From assembly GCA_963772835.1 (NCBI GenBank), contig CAVYYZ010000002.1, forward strand, positions 256,001 through 320,000: DNA of 64,000 nucleotides, given 5' to 3'. Below, piece by piece: positions 1 to 10,494 of the stretch. The stretch comes from an uncultured delta proteobacterium. GTDB taxonomy: Bacteria > Desulfobacterota > Desulfuromonadia > Geobacterales > Pseudopelobacteraceae. Position numbers and translations under genes: made by a program. The notes beneath the pieces are model-generated. The model ran no database searches, had not been told where the DNA came from, and saw nothing but the letters and a program-made list of their open reading frames with translations. Position 1 is the stretch's first letter; every line of letters starts with the position of its first letter.

Positions 1-481
1 TGATGGCGGTGTAAATTTTCCGAACGATCTCCAGGTTCATAACACAGAGAATAACCCAGATTGCATTTTCAACCATCTTGAAGTTTCTTATCGTGTTGGG
101 ACTCGGCGTCGGGTTGATGATCAGGAAAGCCCCAGAAAATGCGAGCACGACGAGAATACTCAGATAAACGACCAGTTTGTTTCCAGATATTTCAAAGGTA
201 CGACAAAATACGTAATACTCAAGAAAACCGTGGGTAATTGTCATAATTGCTACTGTACCGACGATATAGTGAAAAGCGGTAAGCTTCGCGTAGAAACCCC
301 ACGGGTTGATGCCATAGGCCTGACTGATAAAGATCAGAAAGAACCCGATTGATATACTTGTCCAGACACGGGCATTTCCTATGCTGAAGTAAAAACTGAT
401 CGCACCCGCCAATCCCCAGAAAATCACCTGAACAAGGGCAAACGGATTCATTTGGGTCAGCAGTTCAAAAAACTTTTCCAT
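1..481 (-). CDS. Polytopic membrane protein of unknown function (partial, runs off window start)
   Basis: Not in ORF track. Read manually: GGAGGA SD (486-491), ATG at 481, open frame to the window edge (MEKFFELLTQMNPFALVQVIFWGLAGAISFYFSIGNARVWTSISIGFFLIFISQ...) with several hydrophobic segments. Confidence 0.8.
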   Translation of the reverse strand, partial: MEKFFELLTQMNPFALVQVIFWGLAGAISFYFSIGNARVWTSISIGFFLIFISQAYGINPWGFYAKLTAFHYIVGTVAIMTITHGFLEYYVFCRTFEISGNKLVVYLSILVVLAFSGAFLIINPTPSPNTIRNFKMVENAIWVILCVMNLEIVRKIYTAI

Positions 482-508
482 TATATCCTCCAGTACTTAG
501 CGATAAAA

Positions 509-1474
509 TTAAAGCTCTGATTTCCCGACAGAGATTGCAGCAGAAAGCTTCTCCATCATCAATTTAATATTTGTGCCACTAACAAGAAGTTTTGCCGCCC
601 GCTCAACACCCTTCATAAATTTTTCAGTTCCAACGACATCTATCAGGCACAAATTCCCGCCGTTATCTGAAATTTCCTTGTCAACAATACCGCGACCAAC
701 CTTGCCGACATACTCTCCCACTATTGATTTAACCTGCTCTTCCAACTCGGCAAGCTTCAGCGACATTATTTTCCTGTCACGCTCCTGACGGTCAAGATTT
801 GTTTTGTCAATCTCGGATTTGTGAAGAGCGACGCTGGTATCCCATATCATTTGAATGTTCGTCACTTCGAGCAGATTCGTTCCCATCAATTCGTCGGCAC
901 TTTGTGTCGAAAACAGGTCAATCTTGGCGCCGGGTAATCCGGCTATTTTTTGTGACTCTGCGGATGAAGTCTCTATGTCACTGGCTCCATCATGGAAAAA
1001 ACCGAGAGGATTCCCGTCTTTATAAAAAATCATGGCTGAATGATCATCAGTGTAGATGCGCAGACAGCCATTCATATGATCATCCTTAACTTTTTTGAGG
1101 AGGGCGTTTATATCGATAAGTTTAAGATCTTGGGCCTTGTAAAGCGTTTCACCTTCCAGAAGGGCATGAATACACATGGTGAGATCTTTAGACAGCTTAT
1201 AGACATTCAGGGCACCGCTTCCTGACGTAACCATTAATTCAGCAAGCGCAGAGAGAGCTTCGAAGCCAGCTATCCGCTTGCCATTTTGCCCCTCGACAAG
1301 TACGCTGACCAACTTCCCTGTTTCAAAAACCAGGATGGCGGTACTGGATTGAAAAATAAAATTAGCATAGCCGGTAAAAGCGCCGTTACTTAACTTTGTG
1401 AGCACATCCGGCAGTTTGAGCTTAGAAACTGCCAGGTTTTCAAACAACGGGTTGCCCTTGGGAAGAAGGAACAT
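509..1474 (-). CDS. Conserved hypothetical protein with tandem DUF4388/DUF2226-like repeats; paralog of 26142..27098
   Basis: 321 aa, AGGAGG SD. Two internal repeats (FTGYANF..AILVFETGKL; MNGCLRI..AMIFYKDGNP) and clear similarity to the 318-aa ORF. Confidence 0.75.
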   Translation of the reverse strand: MFLLPKGNPLFENLAVSKLKLPDVLTKLSNGAFTGYANFIFQSSTAILVFETGKLVSVLVEGQNGKRIAGFEALSALAELMVTSGSGALNVYKLSKDLTMCIHALLEGETLYKAQDLKLIDINALLKKVKDDHMNGCLRIYTDDHSAMIFYKDGNPLGFFHDGASDIETSSAESQKIAGLPGAKIDLFSTQSADELMGTNLLEVTNIQMIWDTSVALHKSEIDKTNLDRQERDRKIMSLKLAELEEQVKSIVGEYVGKVGRGIVDKEISDNGGNLCLIDVVGTEKFMKGVERAAKLLVSGTNIKLMMEKLSAAISVGKSEL

Positions 1475-1710
1475 TTAAGCCTCCTGAAATAACTCTTTTG
1501 CATAACGGCCAAGAAACTAATGTAAATTACGAAGCATGTCAAATCATTACTGCCGGATATAATTAAGAAATATCCCTTTTGAAGCCATAACAGGGATATC
1601 TATTCGGCTAATTACCGTAGTAATTACCGGTCATCCGGTGTTTTTGCGTTTCCAATCAAAAAATCCCGGTGTTCAAAAACAAGTAAAGAAGTCACAACAT
1701 ACTTAATTAT

Positions 1711-1758
1711 AAAACAAAAGGCACGAGATGCAGCTTTAACCTGTTCCCGTGCCTTTTG
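1711..1758 (-). terminator. Intrinsic terminator downstream of maeB
   Basis: Inverted repeat CAAAAGGCACG (1715-1725) / CGTGCCTTTTG (1748-1758) with a U-tract on the minus strand. Confidence 0.7.
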
Positions 1759-1799
1759 TAAATGAGAATTGATTTACAAATTATGTGCCATGATTGAAA

Positions 1800-4049
1800 T
1801 TAAGTTGATTGGGCATCAACGACTGCAATGGCAGCCATATTGACAATATCATCGACGCCATCACCACGCTGCAGAACATGAACCGGTTTGTTCATTCCCA
1901 TCAGAATCGGTCCGATCGCCTCAGCCCCGCCGAGGTGATGCAAAAGTTTGTAGCAGATGTTTCCTGAGCTTAAATCGGGAAAGATCAGAATATTGGCATT
2001 TGTCTTGAGTTTTGAAAAGGTGAAACCATCGAGAAGTTCCTGGACGACCGCCGTATCTGCCTGCATTTCGCCTTCCACAATCAGATCCGGTGCTCGCTGC
2101 TTGACGATCTCGGTGGCTCTGTGCACTTTGTCAACCTGCGGGTGCTTTACTGATCCGAAGTTAGCAAACGAGAGCATGGCAACCCGCGGCTCTATATCAA
2201 GCATACGAACCTTCTCTGCTGCCAAAATGGCTGTTTCAGCAAGTTCTTCGGCAGTTGGATCGATGGTTACAGTCGTGTCGGCCAGGAAATAAACCCCCTT
2301 TTTGAACACCATCATGTAGAGGCCATGAACACTGGAAAGACCCTTTTGTTTACCGACAACTTCTAAAGCAGGACGGATCGTTTCGGGATAGTGAGTATCA
2401 ATACCACCCAGCAGTGCGTCCGCATCTCCCATATGCACCATCATGGAGCCAAAGTGGATCCGCGATTTACGGCGCAGGAGACGTTGCGATTCGGAAAGGG
2501 TCAGCCCTTTCCGTTGGCGCATTTTGTATAGCACCTCCGCATAATTGTCAGTCAGTTCTGACTCACCCGGATCAATAATGGGAACATCCAGTTCGATATG
2601 CAGTTCGGCCAACTTCTGTTTGATTTTCTTTTTATCGCCGATCAGAATCGGTTTTGCAATTCCCTCATCAACCAATTCTTTAGCAGCTCTGATAATTTTT
2701 TCATTGTCCCCTTCCGGAAATACAATAGTCTTCGGATCACTTTTAGCTTTGTTTATAACCATGCGCATAATTTCTTTTGATTTGCCTTGGGTTGATTCAA
2801 GGTGTTCAATATATTTGGCCATGTCTTCGATCGGCTGGCCGGCGACACCGGACGCCATTGCAGCCCGGGCGATGGCCGGGGCGACATGGAGCAGTACTCG
2901 AGGGTCAAACGGCTTGGGAATAATGTAATCGCGTCCAAAGGCAAACTTAACGTTGCCGTAGGCCTTGCTAACTGAATCGGGCACCTCTTCACGGGCCAAC
3001 TGTGCCAGAGCGTGGACAGCGGCAAGCTTCATCTCTTCGTTAATACAACTGGCGCGACAATCAAGGGCACCACGGAATATAAACGGAAAACCGAGAACAT
3101 TGTTGACTTGATTTGGATAGTCAGATCTTCCGGTAGCAATCATAACGTCACTTCGAACAGAATGGGCATCTTCCGGAGTAATTTCCGGGTCGGGGTTGGC
3201 CATGGCAAAAATAACCGGGTTCGGAGCCATGCTGGCGACCATTTCCTTTGTAAATGCTCCTTTGGCAGAAAGACCGAACAGAACATCTGCTCCGACAGCG
3301 GCCTCCTCCAGCGTGCGAAAGTGGGTGTCGGCAGCAAAAAGTTCTTTGTAGGGATTCATCCCCTCTACGCGTCCTTTATAGATGACACCCTTGGTGTCAC
3401 ACATAATCATGTTATTGGGCTGTACACCAAGAGCAATGGCGAGTTTTGCACAGGAATTGGCAGAAGCACCGGCTCCATTGACAACGATGCGGATGTCCTC
3501 AATCTTTTTGTTAACAAGGTACAGGGCATTGATCAGAGCGGCTGACGATATGATTGCCGTGCCATGCTGATCGTCGTGAAAAACCGGAATTTTCATTGTT
3601 TTCTTGAGTGTCTCTTCTATATAAAAGCACTCAGGAGCCTTAATATCTTCCAGATTGATACCGCCAAAGGTCGGTTCCAATAACTGGCAGGCTTTTATAA
3701 TCTCATCAGGATCTTCTGTGTCGAGCTCTATGTCGAACACGTCTATGTCAGCAAAACGTTTAAAAAGAATCCCTTTTCCCTCCATGACCGGCTTACCGGC
3801 AAGGGCCCCGAGATTACCCAGACCAAGAACAGCGGTCCCGTTGGATACGACCGCTATCAGATTGCCTTTGGCCGTGTATTTGTAGGCATCTTCTGGATTC
3901 TGCTGAATAGCAAGACATGGTTCAGCAACACCAGGAGAGTAGGCCATTGAAAGATCTTCGGCTGTTTGGCATGGTTTGGTGGAAATTACCTCGATCTTGC
4001 CTTTGCGGCCGCTTGAGTGATATTCTAGCGAATCTTTAAATTTTGCCAT
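1800..4049 (-). CDS. maeB: NADP-dependent malic enzyme with C-terminal phosphotransacetylase-like domain
   Basis: AYSPGVAEPC, GKPVMEGK, INLEDI, FHDDQHGT and TGRSDYPNQVNN motifs; PTA-like domain (VFPEG..GEMQAD..AIGPIL). Confidence 0.97.
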   Translation of the reverse strand: MAKFKDSLEYHSSGRKGKIEVISTKPCQTAEDLSMAYSPGVAEPCLAIQQNPEDAYKYTAKGNLIAVVSNGTAVLGLGNLGALAGKPVMEGKGILFKRFADIDVFDIELDTEDPDEIIKACQLLEPTFGGINLEDIKAPECFYIEETLKKTMKIPVFHDDQHGTAIISSAALINALYLVNKKIEDIRIVVNGAGASANSCAKLAIALGVQPNNMIMCDTKGVIYKGRVEGMNPYKELFAADTHFRTLEEAAVGADVLFGLSAKGAFTKEMVASMAPNPVIFAMANPDPEITPEDAHSVRSDVMIATGRSDYPNQVNNVLGFPFIFRGALDCRASCINEEMKLAAVHALAQLAREEVPDSVSKAYGNVKFAFGRDYIIPKPFDPRVLLHVAPAIARAAMASGVAGQPIEDMAKYIEHLESTQGKSKEIMRMVINKAKSDPKTIVFPEGDNEKIIRAAKELVDEGIAKPILIGDKKKIKQKLAELHIELDVPIIDPGESELTDNYAEVLYKMRQRKGLTLSESQRLLRRKSRIHFGSMMVHMGDADALLGGIDTHYPETIRPALEVVGKQKGLSSVHGLYMMVFKKGVYFLADTTVTIDPTAEELAETAILAAEKVRMLDIEPRVAMLSFANFGSVKHPQVDKVHRATEIVKQRAPDLIVEGEMQADTAVVQELLDGFTFSKLKTNANILIFPDLSSGNICYKLLHHLGGAEAIGPILMGMNKPVHVLQRGDGVDDIVNMAAIAVVDAQST

Positions 4050-4133
4050 CTTTAATCTCCATTTTTTAGTTTAGTTAAAAAACAAACCGCCTTTTTTGAA
4101 ACATTACGACTCAACTTTTACTAAAAGTGAAAA

Positions 4134-4163
4134 ATAATAGACTCCTTGAAAGACTCTTGTCAA
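4134..4163 (-). promoter_or_regulatory. sigma70-type promoter for maeB
   Basis: Minus strand TTGACA (4163-4158), 18 nt spacer, TATTAT (4139-4134). Confidence 0.55.
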
Positions 4164-4484
4164 GAAGTTAATATTGATGGACAAAAATGCCCGTATTCAA
4201 GCGATGAGAGTCGATATCGGCCCACGAACTCTCCTGGTGTTGAATATAGTTTCACCTAACGCCACCTTATTCCGATTCCACACGTACCACTTAATTGATA
4301 CGGTACCAGTGCGTGCTACATATATTTTACTATGGTCTTTTTTCTTTTTTGACATTTGCAGCGCGCATGAATATGGCCTACACCAGAAGCGACAAATATT
4401 CCAAAGACTATCGTTAACCCGAAGAAAACTGGAATATATGAACGCAGCAATCTCCATGTTACAGATCTTCACTCTTCATAGCGG

Positions 4485-4513
4485 TTGATACACGTCAAAC
4501 GCTGTGATATAGA
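4485..4513 (+). promoter_or_regulatory. sigma70-type promoter for nadC-birA-coaX
   Basis: TTGATA, 17 nt spacer, TATAGA with a TG extension. Confidence 0.5.
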
Positions 4514-4543
4514 TCATCACACTTTTGAGCCCAGGGGACCAAA

Positions 4544-5368
4544 ATGATAATGATTGACCGCCTGATTGAGCAGGCACTACTTGAAGACATTCATACCGGT
4601 GACATAACCACTCAGGCGGTGGTGCCGGGCGTACGGCCAGCCATCGCAAGGCTGATTGCAAAGGAACAAATGGTGGTGGCCGGACTTGCTATCGCCGCCC
4701 GGGTATTTAACATGCTTGACCCGGCAATCTGTTTCAAGGCATGCCTGAACGATGGTGAAAAAGCTGCAGCCGGGACCATCCTGGCGACTCTTAACGGAGA
4801 GGCTTCAAAACTTTTGATGGGAGAGCGGGTGGCACTCAACCTGCTTCAGAGAATGTGCGGGATCGCGACGCTCACCAGCAGTTTTGTCGAAGCGGTTGCA
4901 GGCACCAAAGCCCGAATCGTTGACACCCGAAAGACGACTCCTGGACTGAGGCAGCTTGAGAAATACTCCGTACGGATCGGAGGAGGCATTAATCACCGCA
5001 CCGGTCTCTATGACGGCGTCCTGATCAAGGAAAATCACATTGCCGCTGCCGGAGGCATCACTGAAGCAATCCGAAGAGCCCGCACATATATACCTCACAC
5101 ATTGAAAATCGAGATAGAAACCGAGACGTTGTCCCAGGTTGATGAGGCGCTTGCTGCAGGGGCTGATATCATCATGCTCGACAATATGAGTCTGGTTGAT
5201 ATGCGGGCTGCAGTAATCACAATCGGCGGCCGGGCACTGGTGGAAGCCTCCGGAGGCGTCAGTCTTGAAAGTGTACGTGCAATTGCCGAGACCGGTGTGG
5301 ATATTATTTCGGTAGGGGCATTGACTCATTCGCCACGGGCGAAAGACATATCAATGCTTCTCGACTAG
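4544..5368 (+). CDS. nadC: Quinolinate phosphoribosyltransferase
   Basis: ED..GDIT, DTRKTTPGLR, HRTGLYD, IKENH, IMLDN and EASGG motifs. Confidence 0.97.
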   Translation: MIMIDRLIEQALLEDIHTGDITTQAVVPGVRPAIARLIAKEQMVVAGLAIAARVFNMLDPAICFKACLNDGEKAAAGTILATLNGEASKLLMGERVALNLLQRMCGIATLTSSFVEAVAGTKARIVDTRKTTPGLRQLEKYSVRIGGGINHRTGLYDGVLIKENHIAAAGGITEAIRRARTYIPHTLKIEIETETLSQVDEALAAGADIIMLDNMSLVDMRAAVITIGGRALVEASGGVSLESVRAIAETGVDIISVGALTHSPRAKDISMLLD

Positions 5369-5391
5369 AAGCGGCAACCGGGAGTATTTAG

Positions 5392-6369
5392 ATGCACAAG
5401 AGCGCCGGCACCATACTGCGTCTGTTTCGTACTGAAACCGGCTATATTTCCGGTGAGTATCTCAGCAGAGAGCTTGGCGTATCGCGTACTGCAATCTGGA
5501 AGCACATGTCTGCGCTGAGAACTGCAGGCTATCGAATCGAAGCGGTGCCATCACGTGGCTACCGGCTCGTCTCTTCGCCAGACATTATCGATCCGCACGA
5601 AGTGACGGCACTTTTGGACAGCACCACAATCGGTACTCAGCTTGAGTATTCAGACCAGACGGCATCGACAAATGCAGATGCCTTTCATTTGGCTGAAAAG
5701 GGAGCAATTGAAGGGACCGTTGTACTGGCTGATGCGCAGACCGGTGGCAAGGGGCGACGCGGCAGAATATGGGCTTCACCTGCCGGGGTGAATCTGTACT
5801 GTTCAATAATTCTGAGGCCTTCCATAATGCCGCACGAGGCTCCGCAACTGACTTTTCTTTCAGCAGTGGCGGCCGCGCGCGCAATTGAACTGACAACGGG
5901 ATTGACCCCTGAAATCAAATGGCCCAACGATGTACTTATCTCTGGGAAAAAGGTGGCCGGCCTGTTGAATGAGATGAGTGCCGAGACTGACGGCATCAAC
6001 TTTGTCATTCTGGGCATCGGCATCAATCTGAATATGACGGCAGACCAGTTTCCCGGCGATCTGCGCCATCCGGCCACATCACTTTTTCTGGAATCCGGCG
6101 TGCACGTAAATCGTTCGCGTTTTGCCGGCACCATGCTGCGTGAACTGGACCGCCTGTATGTTGACTTTCAGCAAAACGGATTCGGACCGGTACGCGAAGA
6201 ATGGCAGCGCCGCTGCAATGCCAGCGGACGTCAGGTAATTGTCAGCGACTCAGGAACCGAATGTACCGGGGGCCGGTTTATAGGCATAGATTCCGACGGG
6301 GCGATGCTGCTTCGTTCCGATGATGACAAACTGCACCGAATCACCTGTGGAGATGTGAGGGTAATCTGA
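5392..6369 (+). CDS. birA: Bifunctional biotin ligase/repressor (group II BirA)
   Basis: N-terminal HTH (SGEYLSRELGVSRTAIWK), STN, QTGGKGRRGR, KWPND and KVAG motifs. Confidence 0.95.
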   Translation: MHKSAGTILRLFRTETGYISGEYLSRELGVSRTAIWKHMSALRTAGYRIEAVPSRGYRLVSSPDIIDPHEVTALLDSTTIGTQLEYSDQTASTNADAFHLAEKGAIEGTVVLADAQTGGKGRRGRIWASPAGVNLYCSIILRPSIMPHEAPQLTFLSAVAAARAIELTTGLTPEIKWPNDVLISGKKVAGLLNEMSAETDGINFVILGIGINLNMTADQFPGDLRHPATSLFLESGVHVNRSRFAGTMLRELDRLYVDFQQNGFGPVREEWQRRCNASGRQVIVSDSGTECTGGRFIGIDSDGAMLLRSDDDKLHRITCGDVRVI

Positions 6370-7134
6370 ATGTTACTGGTAATTGACGTCGGCAACAGCA
6401 ACATAGTGTTGGGAGTGTATGACCGTGATCTGCTTGTCCGCAGCTGGCGCCTCTCAACCGACAAGTCCCGCACCTCTGATGAATACGCAGTGCTTCTTCA
6501 CAGCCTTTTTGATCAGGCAGGGCTTGGCTTTTCGGAAGTCAATGCGGCCATCATATCCTCGGTTGTTCCACCATTAACCGGGGTAATGGAGGCAATATCC
6601 CAGGATTTTTTCAACCTGACTCCCTACGTTGTCGGCCCGGGAATCAAAACCGGAATGCCGATCCATTATGACAATCCCCGGGAAGTTGGAGCCGACCGGA
6701 TTGTTAACGCAGTAGCCGGCTTTGAAAAGCATAAATGCCCCTTGGTAATTGTCGATTTCGGAACAGCCACAACCTTTGACTACGTTAATGGCAAAGGAGA
6801 ATACTGTGGGGGGGCTATTGCGCCCGGCCTCGCGATATCGGTAGAGGCGCTCTTCCAGCGGGCCAGCAAACTGCCGAGAATAGACATAATTAAACCTCCC
6901 CATGTTATTGCAAAGAATACTGTCAACTCGATGCAGGCAGGGATTTTCTACGGTTACGTCGGCCTGGTGGACGGTATTGTGGAGCATATTCGGGCAGAAT
7001 CCCATGAGGACTTCCGGGTAATCGCCACCGGCGGTCTGGCCTCCCTGATTTCTCCGGAGTCAAAAACAATTAATGAAGTCGACGAGAACCTGACGCTTGA
7101 TGGACTGAGAATTTTGTACGAACGAAACCGTTGA
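6370..7134 (+). CDS. coaX: Type III pantothenate kinase
   Basis: [24 protein letters not shown] and ATGG motifs. Confidence 0.96.
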   Translation: MLLVIDVGNSNIVLGVYDRDLLVRSWRLSTDKSRTSDEYAVLLHSLFDQAGLGFSEVNAAIISSVVPPLTGVMEAISQDFFNLTPYVVGPGIKTGMPIHYDNPREVGADRIVNAVAGFEKHKCPLVIVDFGTATTFDYVNGKGEYCGGAIAPGLAISVEALFQRASKLPRIDIIKPPHVIAKNTVNSMQAGIFYGYVGLVDGIVEHIRAESHEDFRVIATGGLASLISPESKTINEVDENLTLDGLRILYERNR

Positions 7135-7209
7135 TCAGATATTTTTCCCGATGCAGAAGTGATTTTGGACAGACAGTGAAATCCATATTGCACACAAGGA
7201 GGCAGTTCT

Positions 7210-9291
7210 ATGGGACAGTTTGAAACCAGCAAGATCCGCAACTTGGGTATCATCGCTCATGGTGGTGCCGGCAAAACGTCGCTCTCAGAGGCAATTCTGT
7301 TTGACACCGGAATGATCGATCGGCTTGGTCGGGTTGACGACGGTACTTCGACCATGGATTTTGAGCCGGAGGAGATCAAGAGGAAAATTTCAATCACCTC
7401 AGCGCTTGACCATTGCGAATGGAAGGGGCATTCCATCCACATAGTCGATACACCCGGTTATGGAAACTTTATTGCGGACACCAGAGCCTGCATGCGCACC
7501 CTCGACTGTGCAGTAATTATCCTCTCTGCAATATCAGGGGTCAAAGCCCAGACTGAGGAAATCTGGAGGTGGGCTAATGACTTTGAGATCCCGCGCATCG
7601 CATTTGTCAATAAACTCGATCGTGAACGGGCCAGTTTTCTGCGGGCAATTGATGATATGGAAAAGATGCTTGGCGCCCGCGGAGTCGCTATTCAGATGCC
7701 GATCGGCCTTGAAGCGGGTTTCGAGGGGATTATTGATCTGATAGCTATGAAGGCCTGCTTTTATGCCAAAGACGGTTCGGGAAAATACACCGACGGGTCC
7801 ATCCCTGAAGAGTACGCCGACGAAGCCGCGCGTCTTCGCGAACAGATGGTTGAAACGGTTGCTGAGGCCTATGATGCACTTACAGAAAAATACCTTGAGA
7901 ACGGCGACCTTACAGATGAAGAAATCATTGACGGGTTGCGGGTTGGCACCATGCGTAACACATTCACTCCCGTTCTGTGCGGCGCGGCCATTCCCAACAT
8001 CGGTGTAGCCCACCTGCTGGATGCAATCTGTGCCTACCTCCCCTCTCCATTGGACCGAACCAAGGCGGTCGGTATTCATCCAAAGAGTGAAGAGGTAATT
8101 GAACGTGCTCCGGATGAGAAGGAGCCGTTCTCTGCGCTGGTTTTCAAAACGACATCCGATCCGTATACCGGCAAAATCACCATTTTCAGGGTGTACTCCG
8201 GTGTGCTCAACTCCGATTCGACGATATTTAATTCCTCCAAAGGGGTTGAAGAACGAATAGGACAGATTTACGAATTAGAGGGTAAAAAACAGCACCCGAT
8301 CAAACAGGCGGTTGCCGGCGATATCGTTGCCGTTGCTAAACTGAAGGAAACCGTTACCGGCGATACGCTCTGTGATCCCGCCAAACCGATTGTTTTTGAG
8401 CCGGCGAAACAGCTTCTGCCGGTGATATCATACGCAATAGAGCCAAAAACCAAAGCAGACGAGGACAAAATCCACAGCGCACTTCACCGTATGATTGAAG
8501 AGGAGCCGACGCTTGAGTCTCACCGTGACACTCTGACTAAGGAGTTTATTATTTCCGGGATGGGACAGGTTCATCTTGAGGTAATAGTTGAAAAAATGAA
8601 GCGTAAGTTTGGGGTAGAAGTTCTACTTAAAACCCCTAAAGTGCCATACTTTGAGACAATACGGGGTACTGCCAAAGTTCAGGGGAAATACAAAAAACAG
8701 TCAGGAGGGCGCGGGCAATACGGTGACTGCTGGATAGAAATGTCTCCAACCGGCCGTGGCGAAGGGTATGTTTTTGACGACAAAGTTGTCGGTGGGGTCA
8801 TTCCGCGCCAGTACATTCCTGCAGTAGACAAAGGTGTCCAGGAAGCAAGCCTGGAGGGTTTTCTGGCAGGCTACCCGGTAGTCGACTTTAAAGTCGCTCT
8901 CTACGACGGCTCTTTTCACACCGTAGACTCCTCCGAGATGGCCTTTAAGGTCGCTGGTTCTATGGCGTTCAAGAAGGCGATGGAACTCTGCAAACCAATC
9001 CTGCTTGAGCCTATCACAACCATGAAAATCACGGTGCCGGACGAAAATATGGGAGATGTCATAGGAGACCTCAACTCTCGCCGAGGCAAAGTTGTCGGCG
9101 TTGAGCCGAAGGCTAATTCACAGATAATCAGAGCAATTGTTCCGATGTCGGAAGTCCTCGCATACTCCAACGATCTTAAATCAATGACCAGCGACAGAGG
9201 ATTGTTCAGTATGGAGTTTTCACATTATGAAGAGGTGCCTTCACATCTGTCTCAAAAAATAGTCGCAGAAGCTCTGTCAGAAAAGAAATAA
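7210..9291 (+). CDS. fusA: Elongation factor G paralog (EF-G II-like)
   Basis: Full EF-G architecture (NKLD, GMGQVHL, KQSGGRGQYG, DSSEMAF) with a divergent G domain (HGGAGKT, RKISI, DTPGY); lies outside the str operon. Confidence 0.9.
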   Translation: MGQFETSKIRNLGIIAHGGAGKTSLSEAILFDTGMIDRLGRVDDGTSTMDFEPEEIKRKISITSALDHCEWKGHSIHIVDTPGYGNFIADTRACMRTLDCAVIILSAISGVKAQTEEIWRWANDFEIPRIAFVNKLDRERASFLRAIDDMEKMLGARGVAIQMPIGLEAGFEGIIDLIAMKACFYAKDGSGKYTDGSIPEEYADEAARLREQMVETVAEAYDALTEKYLENGDLTDEEIIDGLRVGTMRNTFTPVLCGAAIPNIGVAHLLDAICAYLPSPLDRTKAVGIHPKSEEVIERAPDEKEPFSALVFKTTSDPYTGKITIFRVYSGVLNSDSTIFNSSKGVEERIGQIYELEGKKQHPIKQAVAGDIVAVAKLKETVTGDTLCDPAKPIVFEPAKQLLPVISYAIEPKTKADEDKIHSALHRMIEEEPTLESHRDTLTKEFIISGMGQVHLEVIVEKMKRKFGVEVLLKTPKVPYFETIRGTAKVQGKYKKQSGGRGQYGDCWIEMSPTGRGEGYVFDDKVVGGVIPRQYIPAVDKGVQEASLEGFLAGYPVVDFKVALYDGSFHTVDSSEMAFKVAGSMAFKKAMELCKPILLEPITTMKITVPDENMGDVIGDLNSRRGKVVGVEPKANSQIIRAIVPMSEVLAYSNDLKSMTSDRGLFSMEFSHYEEVPSHLSQKIVAEALSEKK

Positions 9292-9402
9292 TCCGATACT
9301 GATTTTTTCTGTTCTCGTCCATCGGGATACCAGCACCTACCAAGCAATGATCAGCCTGAAAAAGCTGAATATATACTTCTAAATGACAACGGAGGATTAT
9401 TC

Positions 9403-10488
9403 ATGGACTTTAAATTCAGTAAAGATTCGGACGACATCCAGGAACACGAAGCGTCCGGAGAAAAAAAGAAGCAGAGTGCTCTGCTTGCCCTTCTGCTGAT
9501 ATTGGTCGGCGGTTTTACGTACGTCTATTTTTTCACCGGACTGATCAAGCCTCAGGAATCTCAGAAAACTGCCGACGCACCGGCTCCCGTAGCGCAGATT
9601 GTGAAAATTCCGCTTCCGGCCCGCGAGGGCGAACCGGCAAAGCCGGCTGAAAAAGTACCGGCAGGCTCCGAGGAGCAGAAAATACCAAACGCTACTCCTG
9701 AAGCAGTAAAAATCCCGGCCGCAAAGCCGGTTATTTCACCTGCAAAGCCTTCAGCAGCCTCAGCTGCTCCAACTTCGTCAACTCCGACTGAAGAATCGAA
9801 AAAGACAGAGGCCGCAGTACACCCAGGCAAGCAGCCACTTCCGATGCGAGCTGCAGATAAAAAGGGAGCGGCCGGTGCTGTTGCCAAATCAGAACCGAAA
9901 AAACCTGCCGCGGAGACAAAGAAGCCGGCCGTGGCAGAGAACAAAATCACAGCAGCTGCACCTGCTGTAAAGAAGCCGGTTCCAGCCGGTCATGCTACAG
10001 CGAAACCTGTTGTAAAGAACAGCAGAGTCGTACCTGAAACGTGGTCACTTATAGTAGGCAATTACGTCCTTGAAGAGGCTCTCTCATCCGACATGGGACG
10101 CGTGCGGAAAGCCGGTTTTAAACCGGTTGTCAAACCCTCGGAACGCAAAAAAACAACCATGAACCGGCTGTTCGTATCGGAATATAAAGACCGGGCAACA
10201 GCCCAGTCAACCATGGGAATGCTGAAACGTTATACTTCCGATGTTTTTATTATTGAGCAGGGAGGGCGTTTTGCCGTATATGCCGGGTCATATTTGCAAA
10301 ATGAAGCAGCGAACTCAGAAATAGAACGCTTGAGGACTGCCGGCATCACAGCAACCTTGAGACAGGTCACTATTGCGATTCCATCCCAGAGTCTGTCAAT
10401 TGGCCCATTCAAAAACAAAAAGGATGCAGATGCTGCACGAAGCAGGCTCAAGAATGCTGGAATAAAATCTATCGTTTCACAGAAATAG
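9403..10488 (+). CDS. SPOR domain-containing bitopic membrane protein
   Basis: N-terminal TM helix, long Pro/Ala/Lys linker, C-terminal SPOR-like repeats (WSLIVGNY, FAVYAGSY, IGPFKNKKDA). Confidence 0.75.
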   Translation: MDFKFSKDSDDIQEHEASGEKKKQSALLALLLILVGGFTYVYFFTGLIKPQESQKTADAPAPVAQIVKIPLPAREGEPAKPAEKVPAGSEEQKIPNATPEAVKIPAAKPVISPAKPSAASAAPTSSTPTEESKKTEAAVHPGKQPLPMRAADKKGAAGAVAKSEPKKPAAETKKPAVAENKITAAAPAVKKPVPAGHATAKPVVKNSRVVPETWSLIVGNYVLEEALSSDMGRVRKAGFKPVVKPSERKKTTMNRLFVSEYKDRATAQSTMGMLKRYTSDVFIIEQGGRFAVYAGSYLQNEAANSEIERLRTAGITATLRQVTIAIPSQSLSIGPFKNKKDADAARSRLKNAGIKSIVSQK

Positions 10489-10494
10489 CTTCAG

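Noticed and set aside
1776..1790. sigma54-like TGGCACATAATTTGT on the minus strand
   Set aside because: The -12 element is GT rather than GC, and it points straight into the maeB terminator.
4174..4488. 104-aa plus-strand ORF (and 91-aa minus-strand ORF) between maeB and nadC
   Set aside because: No SD, no recognisable motif, atypical composition; lies in an AT-rich divergent promoter region.
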